55,941 nt of DNA, taken from Pseudomonadota bacterium (GTDB taxonomy: Bacteria; Bdellovibrionota; Bdellovibrionia; Bdellovibrionales; Bdellovibrionaceae). This document shows, one piece after another, positions 9,105 through 18,808 of this stretch (position 1 is its first letter; each line of letters begins with the position of its first letter). The position numbers and the translations under genes were made by a program. The DNA lies in assembly GCA_041178425.1 (NCBI GenBank), contig JBEGVH010000011.1, positions 1 to 55,941 on the forward strand. Direction: 5' to 3'. The notes beneath the pieces were generated by a model that saw only the letters and a list, made by a program, of their open reading frames with translations, searched no databases and was not told where the DNA came from.

Positions 9105-10327
9105 TGAGTACGGCGGCGGCTCTTCAAGACAATTCAATAACATTTGTTTTGACGATAACGTCGGGCCCCCACGTGCGCGAATCGTTCACATTGACCAAAC
9201 CCATTTTTACTATGGGGCGAGGTCCTGAAAACGATATTATTCTTATCAACGACCCAAAGTTGAGCCGAAATCATGTAAAATTCATCCTTGAGAATGGGGA
9301 GTTGACGGCCATTAACTTGAGTCAACGCAATCCTCTATTCTTTAAAGGTCGCACTGAACAACGTGTAACTCTGCTGTCGGCAGATAAAATAAAAATTGGC
9401 GATACAGAGGTTGAAATCAATTGGCAATCTGAACCTAACGATAAAACAAAAGTCGCTGGTTTCGAAAGCATGATTCAATACGTGGCGGAGCAAACAGGTT
9501 CAGCGGTTCCCGAAACACAAGTGATTCCCGACGGTGTTCCTGAATTTGATAAAACCGAAGCTCGCACGGCTATTAGCCAAAAAGAACTATTTCAGTTAGT
9601 AAATGCGGCCAAACCAACCAATAAGGTGACTGAGTTTAAAGGAGCAACGCTCGCGACCAAAGTGGAAACGCCCATGGTACGTTACACGCCAACGGCGGCG
9701 GGAGCGGGTTTGTCGGCAACGGCAGAACAAAATAAGTTGGGAGCACCAGTTTCCGGCGCTGAAACAAAAAGAGAGTCTTCACCCAATCGACCGAACCCCC
9801 TCATCTTTCTTGTGGTCGTGGTAATTGCTGCGGCCGTGGTTGTTTTTTCGGGTGGAGAGAAAAAACCTAAAAAAGTTAGTGCTCTGAAGTCGATCGAACA
9901 AATCAACGCTGAATTAGACAAACCTTCCGAAGAGGTGAGCCAATACAAAAAGGATAAAAAAATTCAAGCCGATGGAAAAATGGATCGTCAGTATGAATCG
10001 GCTCAATCTTACTATGTGAAGGGTTTTCGAGATTATCGTCAGGGTCAGTATGCGAGGGCCATGATGTCATTTCAAGCGGCCTTATCGTTTGATCCGGGAC
10101 ACGTGCTAGCGCGCCGATACCTTAATCAAAGTATAAAAAAACAATCGGAAATCGTGCAGTTCAATCTTGATCAAGCAAGACGCTATCGCTTAAAAAACAA
10201 TTTTCGTTTATGCCGTTCGGCCGCTCAACAAGTGATGGTCATAAAAAAAGATCCTTCTGATGCCCAATTTAAAACCGCCAAAGTTCTCTTTGATGAATGC
10301 GACACCATGTCGAAGGGGCGGTTCTAA
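9104..10327 (+). CDS. FHA-TM-TPR protein
   Basis: MGRGPEND...SRNH; TM LIFLVVVVIAAAVVVF; TPR-like AQSYYVKGFRDYRQGQY; GTG start overlaps the upstream TAG. Confidence 0.75.
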   Translation: MSTAAALQDNSITFVLTITSGPHVRESFTLTKPIFTMGRGPENDIILINDPKLSRNHVKFILENGELTAINLSQRNPLFFKGRTEQRVTLLSADKIKIGDTEVEINWQSEPNDKTKVAGFESMIQYVAEQTGSAVPETQVIPDGVPEFDKTEARTAISQKELFQLVNAAKPTNKVTEFKGATLATKVETPMVRYTPTAAGAGLSATAEQNKLGAPVSGAETKRESSPNRPNPLIFLVVVVIAAAVVVFSGGEKKPKKVSALKSIEQINAELDKPSEEVSQYKKDKKIQADGKMDRQYESAQSYYVKGFRDYRQGQYARAMMSFQAALSFDPGHVLARRYLNQSIKKQSEIVQFNLDQARRYRLKNNFRLCRSAAQQVMVIKKDPSDAQFKTAKVLFDECDTMSKGRF

Positions 10328-12378
10328 TGGCATTGAAAATTCATGTAAAGCTCCATGGCCAAGTCATTCAAACGCTCGAACTCTCAGATCCGCAGACCAT
10401 ATATTGGGGTGGGCGCAATGATCAGTGTCAAATCCCGCTGAAAGCCTCGAATGGGATTTCTCGTCAACATTTTAAGGTTTATTGCAAAGAAGACCTCTGG
10501 CATCTCGAAGTCGTTTCACGCTTTAACCAAATAATGGTTGGCCAAGACGCAGTGACTGGAATGGTTCTGAAGGGGGGATTAAGTTTTTCACTAGCCCCGT
10601 TTGAGTTTTCTATTGAGGAACCATTGCAAGCTGTCGTTGATGAGGGCCTTTCTGCGGTGGTGGGTGACCCTTTTGCTCGTGGGTCGTATCACCAAGAGGA
10701 TCAGGATATCGGCGACCGTACAGTTACGAGAGCCCTTGAGAAAAGTGCTCAATTCGTTTTTATGTACAGGGGTAATGACAGTCGTTCTGAAAAAATTCAC
10801 ATCCTCACTCATGACAGTTATCATGTGGGAAGAGATCCCGCTTGCGAGATCGTCATCGATGATCCTCGCGTGAGTCGCCGACAATTTCGTTTAGAGCGAA
10901 AAAATGGTCAATACTTTTTGTTTGATAACTTGGGAGTTAATGGAACCTATTTAAATAAAAAGAAAATAGAATCCAAAGATCCAGTGCCTCTCAAGAGTGG
11001 CGATCGGATAGTTGTTTTAAATCACAAGTTTTATTTTGAAGTACGAGATCCCGACTTTGATAACAAGCTACAAAAAGTTCAGCATTTGGCCCTTGTTGAG
11101 CCCGTTCTGCCTCCTGAGTTGCAAGAACCTCAGGATTTTCATGAGGGCGTGGGCCTGCCGGTGCCAGATCCTTCCAACGGTTACGGGGGGCTTCAGCCCA
11201 TTCAAGGCGGCTATCCTTTTCCGGCGCAAGGTGGGTATGCTCCACAAATTGACTTCAATCAAAACCCTCAGAATTCAGGAGTGGCCAGCAACGAAAAAGT
11301 CCTCAATTTTTGGGGGCTAAAAATACCCTTAAATAAACAAAATAAAATACGTTTAGCTCTGGCAGCGATTGCTCTCGCTGGAGTCATTTTTGTGCTCAGC
11401 GAGGAGCAATCTGATCAGGACGCAGCTACGATGGTGGCAGCAGCTCCATCAGACCCATTTTCACGCTTAACGCCTGATGAGCAAAAGCAAGTCACTGTTC
11501 AATACGAAACGGCTCATGAACTCTATCGTCAGGGTAAATATGAGTTAGCCGAAGAAGAGATCGCGAAGATTCATGCAAAGATTCCATCCTATAAGGAATC
11601 GCAAAAGTTAGCTGAAACTGTTGCAAATGCTAAAGAATATGCAAAAAAAGTCGAGGAGCAGGCGCGAATTGATCGTGAAAAAGCCGAGATGATCGAAAAA
11701 ATCCAAAACATAGTTGTCTTTTGCCGGCAGCAAATCAAACCCGATACTACTTCTGATGAGATTGAAGCTTGCTTGGGACCCGCCATTCAACTCAATCCCG
11801 AAGACGAACAGATCATGGCCATTCGACAAGACGTTGCCAAAGTCGAAGAAGAGCGAAAAATAAAAGAACGTGATGAGGCGCTAAAGCAGGCTGAGGCCGA
11901 AACGCTCGAAAAATTGTTTAATGAGGCAAAGGCGACGGGAGCCAAAGATCCGCGCAAAGGGATCGAGATGTTCAAAGACATTCAAACTCGAACAATGCAC
12001 GACCCCAAAAAATTAATCGAAAAATCTAAGGGTGAGATTGCCAAACTCGAAAAAAAGATCAAGTCGAAGGTTCATGCAGCCATTGCCTCTGTTAGGGGTT
12101 TGGTTGATTCCGGAAAACACAAAGAGGCCATCATGGCACTTGAGCGGGCGGCGGAGGTATCACCCGAAGATGATTCGCTCAAAGAAGAGATTGATAAAAT
12201 AATAGAAGAGCTTAGAAAAAAAATGCAGGCCCTTTATCAAGAAGCCATTCTCGAAGAAAACATTGGCAATATCGATACGGCCAAGGACCGTTGGCAGAAG
12301 ATTCTTTCGCAGGATATCCCCAATGGCGAATATTTCATCAAAGCTTCTATTAAACTCAAAAAGTATGGTGGCTCATGA
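10327..12378 (+). CDS. Double-FHA-TM-TPR protein
   Basis: FHA1 GGR...SRQH; FHA2 VGR...SRRQ...NGTYLN; TM; helical/TPR C-terminal half. Confidence 0.78.
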   Translation: MALKIHVKLHGQVIQTLELSDPQTIYWGGRNDQCQIPLKASNGISRQHFKVYCKEDLWHLEVVSRFNQIMVGQDAVTGMVLKGGLSFSLAPFEFSIEEPLQAVVDEGLSAVVGDPFARGSYHQEDQDIGDRTVTRALEKSAQFVFMYRGNDSRSEKIHILTHDSYHVGRDPACEIVIDDPRVSRRQFRLERKNGQYFLFDNLGVNGTYLNKKKIESKDPVPLKSGDRIVVLNHKFYFEVRDPDFDNKLQKVQHLALVEPVLPPELQEPQDFHEGVGLPVPDPSNGYGGLQPIQGGYPFPAQGGYAPQIDFNQNPQNSGVASNEKVLNFWGLKIPLNKQNKIRLALAAIALAGVIFVLSEEQSDQDAATMVAAAPSDPFSRLTPDEQKQVTVQYETAHELYRQGKYELAEEEIAKIHAKIPSYKESQKLAETVANAKEYAKKVEEQARIDREKAEMIEKIQNIVVFCRQQIKPDTTSDEIEACLGPAIQLNPEDEQIMAIRQDVAKVEEERKIKERDEALKQAEAETLEKLFNEAKATGAKDPRKGIEMFKDIQTRTMHDPKKLIEKSKGEIAKLEKKIKSKVHAAIASVRGLVDSGKHKEAIMALERAAEVSPEDDSLKEEIDKIIEELRKKMQALYQEAILEENIGNIDTAKDRWQKILSQDIPNGEYFIKASIKLKKYGGS

Positions 12379-13055
12379 AGGTCATTAGTTCTTTGAGTTA
12401 TCGGGCGGCCAATCTCTCGAGACCCCCAGCGACGGTCATAGAAGAAAAAGATATCGGACTTTGGGGAGTTTGTTTTTCGTGGGGAGAGTTAGATCTCTCG
12501 GCGAAGGTGCTTGAGAATGTTCGCTTCTTTGTAGATTCCTACGTCAATCAATCTGAGATTACAAATCCCTTTGGATACGATTCGGCTCTGACTGATTTGG
12601 AGAATGCGCTTAGATCTGGTTGTTCGCTTGCCAACGACGTTATCTATCGGCAGGTGAATAAATCAAATCTTTCTGGCGGGGTTGAGTGTTTGCTCATGTT
12701 GAAGCGGGGGCAAGAACTAGCCGTTTTGCAAGTGGGGCAACCGCATGTTTTTCTTTTAAGGCGAGGGCAAATCATTCCATTGCTAGCAGGTTTCGACATT
12801 TTATCTTCGGATTTTTTGAGTGGAGCCTTTCTTCCGAATCAACTTTTAGGATTAAATGCGAGTTGTTATCCTCATTTTCGCAGTGTTCATGTAGAAGTTG
12901 GAGATGAAATAATCCTTTTGGCCCATAGCCAGATTCCCGGGGGCCTTTTGTGGAATGGTCAAGAGACCTTCAGTGACGACCTTAGAGAACTCTTCTTAAA
13001 AATCTCAAAGAGTTATCCTCAGCATCCTTTTTGGATTTCCAAACTTCGTATTTGA
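12375..13055 (+). CDS. PP2C/SpoIIE-fold protein lacking catalytic aspartates
   Basis: LAVLQVGQPHVFLLRRGQI and GDEIILLAHS align with PP2C motifs (HVGDSRAYL, GDxLLLCSDG). Confidence 0.55.
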   Translation: MKVISSLSYRAANLSRPPATVIEEKDIGLWGVCFSWGELDLSAKVLENVRFFVDSYVNQSEITNPFGYDSALTDLENALRSGCSLANDVIYRQVNKSNLSGGVECLLMLKRGQELAVLQVGQPHVFLLRRGQIIPLLAGFDILSSDFLSGAFLPNQLLGLNASCYPHFRSVHVEVGDEIILLAHSQIPGGLLWNGQETFSDDLRELFLKISKSYPQHPFWISKLRI

Positions 13056-13103
13056 ATTTCTGCTTTAGATTAGCAAAAGAGAAATTGATTATTTTATCGT
13101 CTT

Positions 13104-13190
13104 AAAAAACAAAAGCCCCGTCCGGAGGGGGTGGACGAGGCTTAACAACAATTTGTCCCGATTGATTGGAGGGGAACCGGGGCAAACTGC
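13104..13190 (-). ncRNA. Candidate 3'-UTR sRNA with two CCCCUCC-loop hairpins; the second is also a terminator
   Basis: Stems at 13152-13186 and 13113-13143, both loops contain CCCCTCC on the minus strand, then a U-tract. Confidence 0.55.
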
Positions 13191-13198
13191 AAACTCTA

Positions 13199-13882
13199 TT
13201 AGAGCGTTACCGTGCTAATAGAGAATAAATACATAGTCGGTCCCTTAGCCAATTGCTGCTCAGTGAGGGGATCATGAGCATCAACTTCAAGGATAGGGCC
13301 CGTTCTATATAAAACTTCAGTACCTTCAACATTCACGAATTGACCAACGTACTTAGAGAGATCGATCTTGGTCTTTAAAATCGTGTATTCATTCATTCCA
13401 TTAACTAAAATCCAACCCCCGTTAGGAGTTTGAGCAATAATGCCAGTGAGTTGAGTTGATCGGTAACCAGCAAACACAGATGATTCTGGCACAACAAGAG
13501 AAAAAGTAGGGCTTGAGTCGCTGCTAAAAATGTTGGCAAAACTGAGAGTGTAATTTGCTCCAGGAGCTAGGCCGAGCGATCGCACGTCTAGCATCATATC
13601 AAATGTTTCATCAGCTTGTTCAATGTAGCAGGCGCTTGAGCGATCTTGATTAAGGATTTCGACTCGGGCATGGATTCCCCCGCGGGTAGCACGAGTCTCA
13701 ATAACTTTAGTTTTAAGAGAAACTCCACAGGTGTTTTTAACTTTGCCTGATAAAGTGAGCTGAAAATGATTTTGATCGAAAGAGGCTTGATCAATAACAA
13801 CTTCTTCGGCTCTGAGCATTCCCGACCAAGCAAGGATGGAGAAAACGTAAATTGTAAGGATCCATTTGAAAAGTGTCGTCAT
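13199..13882 (-). CDS. Secreted hypothetical protein
   Basis: Sec signal peptide, two Cys, beta-rich, possibly OB-like C-terminus. Confidence 0.7.
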   Translation of the reverse strand: MTTLFKWILTIYVFSILAWSGMLRAEEVVIDQASFDQNHFQLTLSGKVKNTCGVSLKTKVIETRATRGGIHARVEILNQDRSSACYIEQADETFDMMLDVRSLGLAPGANYTLSFANIFSSDSSPTFSLVVPESSVFAGYRSTQLTGIIAQTPNGGWILVNGMNEYTILKTKIDLSKYVGQFVNVEGTEVLYRTGPILEVDAHDPLTEQQLAKGPTMYLFSISTVTL

Positions 13883-13896
13883 CGAAAAACGTAATT

Positions 13897-13912
13897 AGCA
13901 AAGGCCGTGCCA
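13897..13912 (-). promoter_or_regulatory. Sigma54 (-24/-12) promoter
   Basis: TGGCACGGCCTTTGCT matches TGGCAC-N5-TTGC exactly. Confidence 0.8.
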
Positions 13913-14094
13913 TCTTTTAGAATTGTCGAAACTAAAATGATTGAGGTTTGAGGTTCAAAATGGGGTTTAGTAAACAAAAAAATCCCAATCCAAAATGAAA
14001 CCAGGTTTCAGATTGGAACCAGACTTTGGGGGAGTTAATGAGCTCTGCAAAATCCCCCTTCGATAAATAGGGCATATTTAGATATAATCAAGGA

Positions 14095-17028
14095 GTGGAA
14101 GTTAAATCTAAAGAGCTTTGGATTATCCGAGATCCCTCCGGCAGGGTGATGGGTCCCTATACCTATGAGGCCCTCAAAAGTCTGATTGCGCGTGGCGCCA
14201 TCAGTGGCGACGAACTCATTGCACAACATCCAGGGGGAGAATGGGTTTCATTCGCTGCCATTCCAGAAATTTATGACTTGCTCCTCGAGTCTTTTGAGGG
14301 CGGCGAAAAAGACATTTCTTCGGTTGGCAGTGCCGCCGAAAAAATGGATGCCAATACTGTTATTGTAACTAAAGCCCAGCCGGGAGCCGCGGCTCCCCCG
14401 CCCCCAAATCCAGCCGATGAGGTGACTCGAGTTGCTGACAACTCTCAATTTGCTGACTTTACAAAAACAATTATCACAGGTTTCTCGAATCTATCGAGGG
14501 GCCTAAGGCAAATCGTAGGTGAAGAACCCAATGAGGCCCAGGCTTTAAAGCCTAAGAAAATTTTCGATAAAAGTAAGTTTGTTCCCGTAGACACGAGCAT
14601 CCCCACCATGACAACCAATGGGGCTGCTGGTGAGAGGCCCACAATTGAACTTCCCTCGATTAATGTTCGTCTTTTTCGATTCTCGATGTTCGCGGTGCTT
14701 CTTGTAGGGCTTGGGTTTTGGGTCAATGAAGAGTTCAGCGATCAGGCCTCCTTTAATCACGGTGGCAAATTGCATTTGCTCATTCCTTCAGAAAAGGCTG
14801 GTAGTTTTACGGACGAGGAAGCTAAGGCTACGTTTTTGAAAGTAAAGGCAGCTTTTGAGCGCGGCAACACCTCTGATTGGCTTCAGGCTCAAGATCTTTT
14901 GATCAAGTTGGCAGAGGCTGATCCGGTTAATACAGACTATAGAGAGAAACTCTGTTTGGTTCACAAGCAACTCTGGCCATTTGCCTATCAGGATGCAGAG
15001 GATCTTCAAGTTCTTACTCATATGGCACAAACAACTCGCTCACTCAATCAAGGGGCGCCCCATGGGCGAACGTGTGAAGTTGTTCGAAGTTGGCTTACGG
15101 GCGGCTTTCAAGAAGCAAAAAGTCAGTTAGAGCTACTGATTCAGGAATTTCCTAATATCCCTTTTTATATTTGGCTTAAAACAGAGATGCTGATTTCTGA
15201 AGGGGATTTTATCAATGGCCAGGGATTTGCGTCTTCACTCGTGGCACTTTGGCCTGAATTTAACGAAGCAAAAGTTTTGGCAGTGCAGGCTCATATTGGA
15301 AATGGTCGGTTTCAAAATGCGCGAGAAGTTTTAGTGGAGATCTTAGAAAAATATCCTCTCCACAAAGTGGCAAAACTCATGTTGGGTGAGATTGAGTTTC
15401 GACACTTTCAACACGAAGAACAAGCTTGGGAACTCCTCATTACGGGAGTTAAGTCTGAGGAACTGGTGCCGCGGTCGATCGATATATTGGCCTATACGAC
15501 GCTTGCGCAAATTAGCGAGAAAAGAGGAGATCTTGGATCGGCGAGAAAATTTGCCGAAAAAGGTTTTGAACTCAACCCAACCAATGAAGGTCTTCGGGCC
15601 ATGGTTAAAAAATATGGTGGAAGCGATAGAAATTTTAATGAAATGGCTCGGACCCAAGAGCTGGTAGCAATGGGTGATCAGTATGTTCGTGCCGGTGATT
15701 GCTTAGCGGCGCAGGCGCAATATCGTGCTGCCTTCGACCTCAATCCAAAACATCCGGTTGCGGCAGTAAAAGCCGCCCGTTGCCTCTATAAGATCAATCA
15801 AGTTTTTCGATCCTTTGAATATTTAAAATCAGCGATAAAGAGTAACCCTGAATATTTCCCGGCGTACACATTGCTCGCTGATTATTATTCGGAGAAATAT
15901 GATTTTGAGTCGGCGATGGGGGTTCTGAACCAGGCGCGATCCTTTAGCACCGAAGCCTACGAAATCTATAAGGGATATGCCCTCGTTGAATTAAGAAAAA
16001 ACAATTTCGGTGGTTCGCTTGGCTACATCAAAAGAGCCATCACGATTTATAGCACCGACCCGGAAGCTTACGTAATTATGTCGAAAGCCCACCTCATCGG
16101 AGGGCAACCCAAAGAAGCGCTTCAGGCAGCACAAAAAGCAATCGATATTGATTCTCTTCATGTCGAAGCCAAGATTGCCTATGGAAAGGCTCAAGGGGCT
16201 TTGATGGGTGAAAACTCGGGCATTGAGTACTTCAAAAAAATGGTGGCTGAAAATAAATTTGTCGTCGAGTACAAGCTAGGGTTGGCTGAAGAGCTAAGAA
16301 AGCTTGAGCGTTATGCTGAAGCGCTTTTAGTTTATGAAGAAATTGTAGCCGCCGAACCCAAAAATAAAAAGGCCCGGATGGGTATGGGAGATGCTCTTAA
16401 TGGGATTGGCAAGGTAGAAGCCGCGCGCACAGCTTATTTACTAGCCGCAACCTTTGACCCCACCGACCCAGAGCCCGTCATTCGAGCGGGCCTCCTTTAT
16501 TTAGATGCAGGGAGCTCCGATCTCGCCATCGAGCAGTTTGAGAGGGCTCTGGCGATCAATAAAAATTATCCAAAGGCCTACTTTTATATCGGAAAGGCCG
16601 CTTTCTTGAAGGGCGAGTTTCAAAAAGCTCTTGATGCCGCATTGGCGGAGCGAAGGGCTAATCCAAACCTGGTTGATTCTTACTTGCTGGCAGCCGAGGT
16701 TTATATGGTGACTCGAAAGTTTAGCCTCTGTACGACTGAATTTCAGCAGGCCATCAAAATTGGTGCCCAAGGGGCCGATAATTATGTGAAATTAGCACGC
16801 TGCTACCGTCTCTCAGGAAGTTACGATGTGGCCCAATCTATGTTGGATATCGCTGCCGAAAAAGAATCTGGTTACGCGGAAGCTTATAAAGAACGGGGAG
16901 CTCTCTATCAGGTTCAGGGCGACAAAGAAGCAGCTTACCGATCATACGAAAAATATTTGGCGCTTTCGCCCAATGCGCCGGATAAAAATGATATAGAAGC
17001 TTTGATGAGTCAGCTTTCTGTACGTTAG
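14095..17028 (+). CDS. GYF_2-TM-multi-TPR protein
   Basis: N-terminal GPYTYEALKSLIARGAI...EW (GYF_2-like); one TM; long TPR array. Confidence 0.75.
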   Translation: MEVKSKELWIIRDPSGRVMGPYTYEALKSLIARGAISGDELIAQHPGGEWVSFAAIPEIYDLLLESFEGGEKDISSVGSAAEKMDANTVIVTKAQPGAAAPPPPNPADEVTRVADNSQFADFTKTIITGFSNLSRGLRQIVGEEPNEAQALKPKKIFDKSKFVPVDTSIPTMTTNGAAGERPTIELPSINVRLFRFSMFAVLLVGLGFWVNEEFSDQASFNHGGKLHLLIPSEKAGSFTDEEAKATFLKVKAAFERGNTSDWLQAQDLLIKLAEADPVNTDYREKLCLVHKQLWPFAYQDAEDLQVLTHMAQTTRSLNQGAPHGRTCEVVRSWLTGGFQEAKSQLELLIQEFPNIPFYIWLKTEMLISEGDFINGQGFASSLVALWPEFNEAKVLAVQAHIGNGRFQNAREVLVEILEKYPLHKVAKLMLGEIEFRHFQHEEQAWELLITGVKSEELVPRSIDILAYTTLAQISEKRGDLGSARKFAEKGFELNPTNEGLRAMVKKYGGSDRNFNEMARTQELVAMGDQYVRAGDCLAAQAQYRAAFDLNPKHPVAAVKAARCLYKINQVFRSFEYLKSAIKSNPEYFPAYTLLADYYSEKYDFESAMGVLNQARSFSTEAYEIYKGYALVELRKNNFGGSLGYIKRAITIYSTDPEAYVIMSKAHLIGGQPKEALQAAQKAIDIDSLHVEAKIAYGKAQGALMGENSGIEYFKKMVAENKFVVEYKLGLAEELRKLERYAEALLVYEEIVAAEPKNKKARMGMGDALNGIGKVEAARTAYLLAATFDPTDPEPVIRAGLLYLDAGSSDLAIEQFERALAINKNYPKAYFYIGKAAFLKGEFQKALDAALAERRANPNLVDSYLLAAEVYMVTRKFSLCTTEFQQAIKIGAQGADNYVKLARCYRLSGSYDVAQSMLDIAAEKESGYAEAYKERGALYQVQGDKEAAYRSYEKYLALSPNAPDKNDIEALMSQLSVR

Positions 17029-17063
17029 GATGAAGAAAGACCTAAATCTTAATGGGGTGAGAA

Positions 17064-17375
17064 ATGAACATTGTCGATCGACTCAATAATCAAGCGATGC
17101 ATATGACGAACACGGCAAAAATGGGCTTCTTGGCTTTGCTGCTTCTTACCTGCAAGGTGATTTCTGGAGTGATCGTGGGTTTGACTTTGGCTCTCGTCGG
17201 TCAGGTTGTTTTTAAATACGGACCCGTGCTTTTTTGGTTTGTTATCTTGGTGATATCCTCTGGCTTTTATAGGCTTACCAAATCTTGGGGCCCTATCGGC
17301 CTTCTTATTTTTGATCTCCTTTGTGTCTTGGCTGCCCTGTTAATTCGCATGTATGTGATTGTAGCCCCAGGCTGA
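17064..17375 (+). CDS. Small membrane protein (about 3 TM)
   Basis: Three hydrophobic segments. Confidence 0.7.
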   Translation: MNIVDRLNNQAMHMTNTAKMGFLALLLLTCKVISGVIVGLTLALVGQVVFKYGPVLFWFVILVISSGFYRLTKSWGPIGLLIFDLLCVLAALLIRMYVIVAPG

Positions 17376-17453
17376 GGCTTGGTTGTCGATAATAATTTCT
17401 AGATTTTCCAGTTATTTGAAGCTACTTTCAAGACCCTCAAAACGGTGGTGCTC

Positions 17454-18767
17454 ATGATTGACGTTAAGTTATTAGAAAAAAAATCAGAAGTTGGACCTAG
17501 CTACTACGACGAATATAAAGCGTGTTTAAAAAACCGTGGTGCCGACGAAACGATCGTCGATGAACTTTTAGCACTTAATAAAAAACGCAAAGAACTTATC
17601 TCTAAAGCCGAAGAGTCAAAGTCCAATCTTAATAAAGTGTCTCAAGAAATTGCCATGCTCAAGCGTAAGGGGGAGTCGGCTGAAGAGTTGATTTCTCAAA
17701 TGCAGTTTCTATCAAAAGAAATCAAAGAAATGGAAGCCTCTGCGGCGGAGGCAGATGCCCAGGTCACTCAGATGGCTTTGACTATACCAAATAAGTGTCA
17801 TGCCACTGTTCCTGTGGGGGCATCAGCCGATGACAATAAAATTGTTCGTACGGTGGGAGAGCCCAAACAACTTAGCTTCAAGCCGCTGGAGCACACCGCT
17901 CTGGGTGAGGCTCTCGGGAACATTGATTTTCAGCGAGCTGGTAAGGCAACAGGGGCGCGTTTCGTTTATCTCAGAGGGGCAGCGGCTCAATTAGAAAGAG
18001 CTTTGATTAACTTCATGCTCGATGTTCATACCGAGCATCATGGCTACAGCGAAATCCTTCCTCCATTTATAGTAAACAGCAAAAGTTTAACTGGCACGGG
18101 TAACCTTCCTAAATTCAAACAAGATCTTTTTTGCCTTGAGGGCACCGATTATTTTCTGATTCCAACAGCAGAAGTGCCTGTAACAAATTTTTTCGCCGAA
18201 GAGATTTTGGCAGAAGAGCAATTGCCCGCCTCGTTTGTGGCGTACTCTCCTTGTTTTCGCTCAGAAGCCGGCAGCCATGGGCGCGACACCAAAGGTCTCA
18301 TTCGTCAGCATCAGTTCAATAAAGTCGAATTAATGACTTACTCTCACCCTGATGAATCTTATGCAACACACGAAAAACTCACAGGGCATGCAGAAGAAAT
18401 CCTAAAGCGTCTTGAGCTTCCCTATAGAGTCGCTATGCTTTGCACGGGTGATATTAGTTTCGGAGCGGCAAAATGCTACGACATCGAAGTGTGGCTTCCA
18501 GGTCAAAACGCCTATCGTGAAATTAGCTCTTGCTCAAACTTTGAAGATTTTCAGGCACGACGAGCAAACATTCGCTTTAGGCCAAAAGGTGGTGGAAAAC
18601 CTCAATACGTTCACACATTGAACGGTAGCGGTCTTGCTGTTGGCAGAACCTTAATTGCAATTTTTGAAAATTATCAGCAAGAAGATGGAACCATCATTGT
18701 GCCTTCGGCGCTTACTAAATACATGCGCGGAATGACAGTCATTCGCCCTGAGGCTGTTAAGTACTAA
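17454..18767 (+). CDS. serS: Seryl-tRNA synthetase
   Basis: [37 protein letters not shown]. Confidence 0.98.
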   Translation: MIDVKLLEKKSEVGPSYYDEYKACLKNRGADETIVDELLALNKKRKELISKAEESKSNLNKVSQEIAMLKRKGESAEELISQMQFLSKEIKEMEASAAEADAQVTQMALTIPNKCHATVPVGASADDNKIVRTVGEPKQLSFKPLEHTALGEALGNIDFQRAGKATGARFVYLRGAAAQLERALINFMLDVHTEHHGYSEILPPFIVNSKSLTGTGNLPKFKQDLFCLEGTDYFLIPTAEVPVTNFFAEEILAEEQLPASFVAYSPCFRSEAGSHGRDTKGLIRQHQFNKVELMTYSHPDESYATHEKLTGHAEEILKRLELPYRVAMLCTGDISFGAAKCYDIEVWLPGQNAYREISSCSNFEDFQARRANIRFRPKGGGKPQYVHTLNGSGLAVGRTLIAIFENYQQEDGTIIVPSALTKYMRGMTVIRPEAVKY

Positions 18768-18778
18768 TCCAATCACCA

Positions 18779-18808
18779 GCTCCGGCCGCAATAAGTTAGG
18801 CCGGAGTC
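18779..18808. terminator. Hairpin between convergent genes
   Basis: CTCCGGCC...GGCCGGAG stem. Confidence 0.5.
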
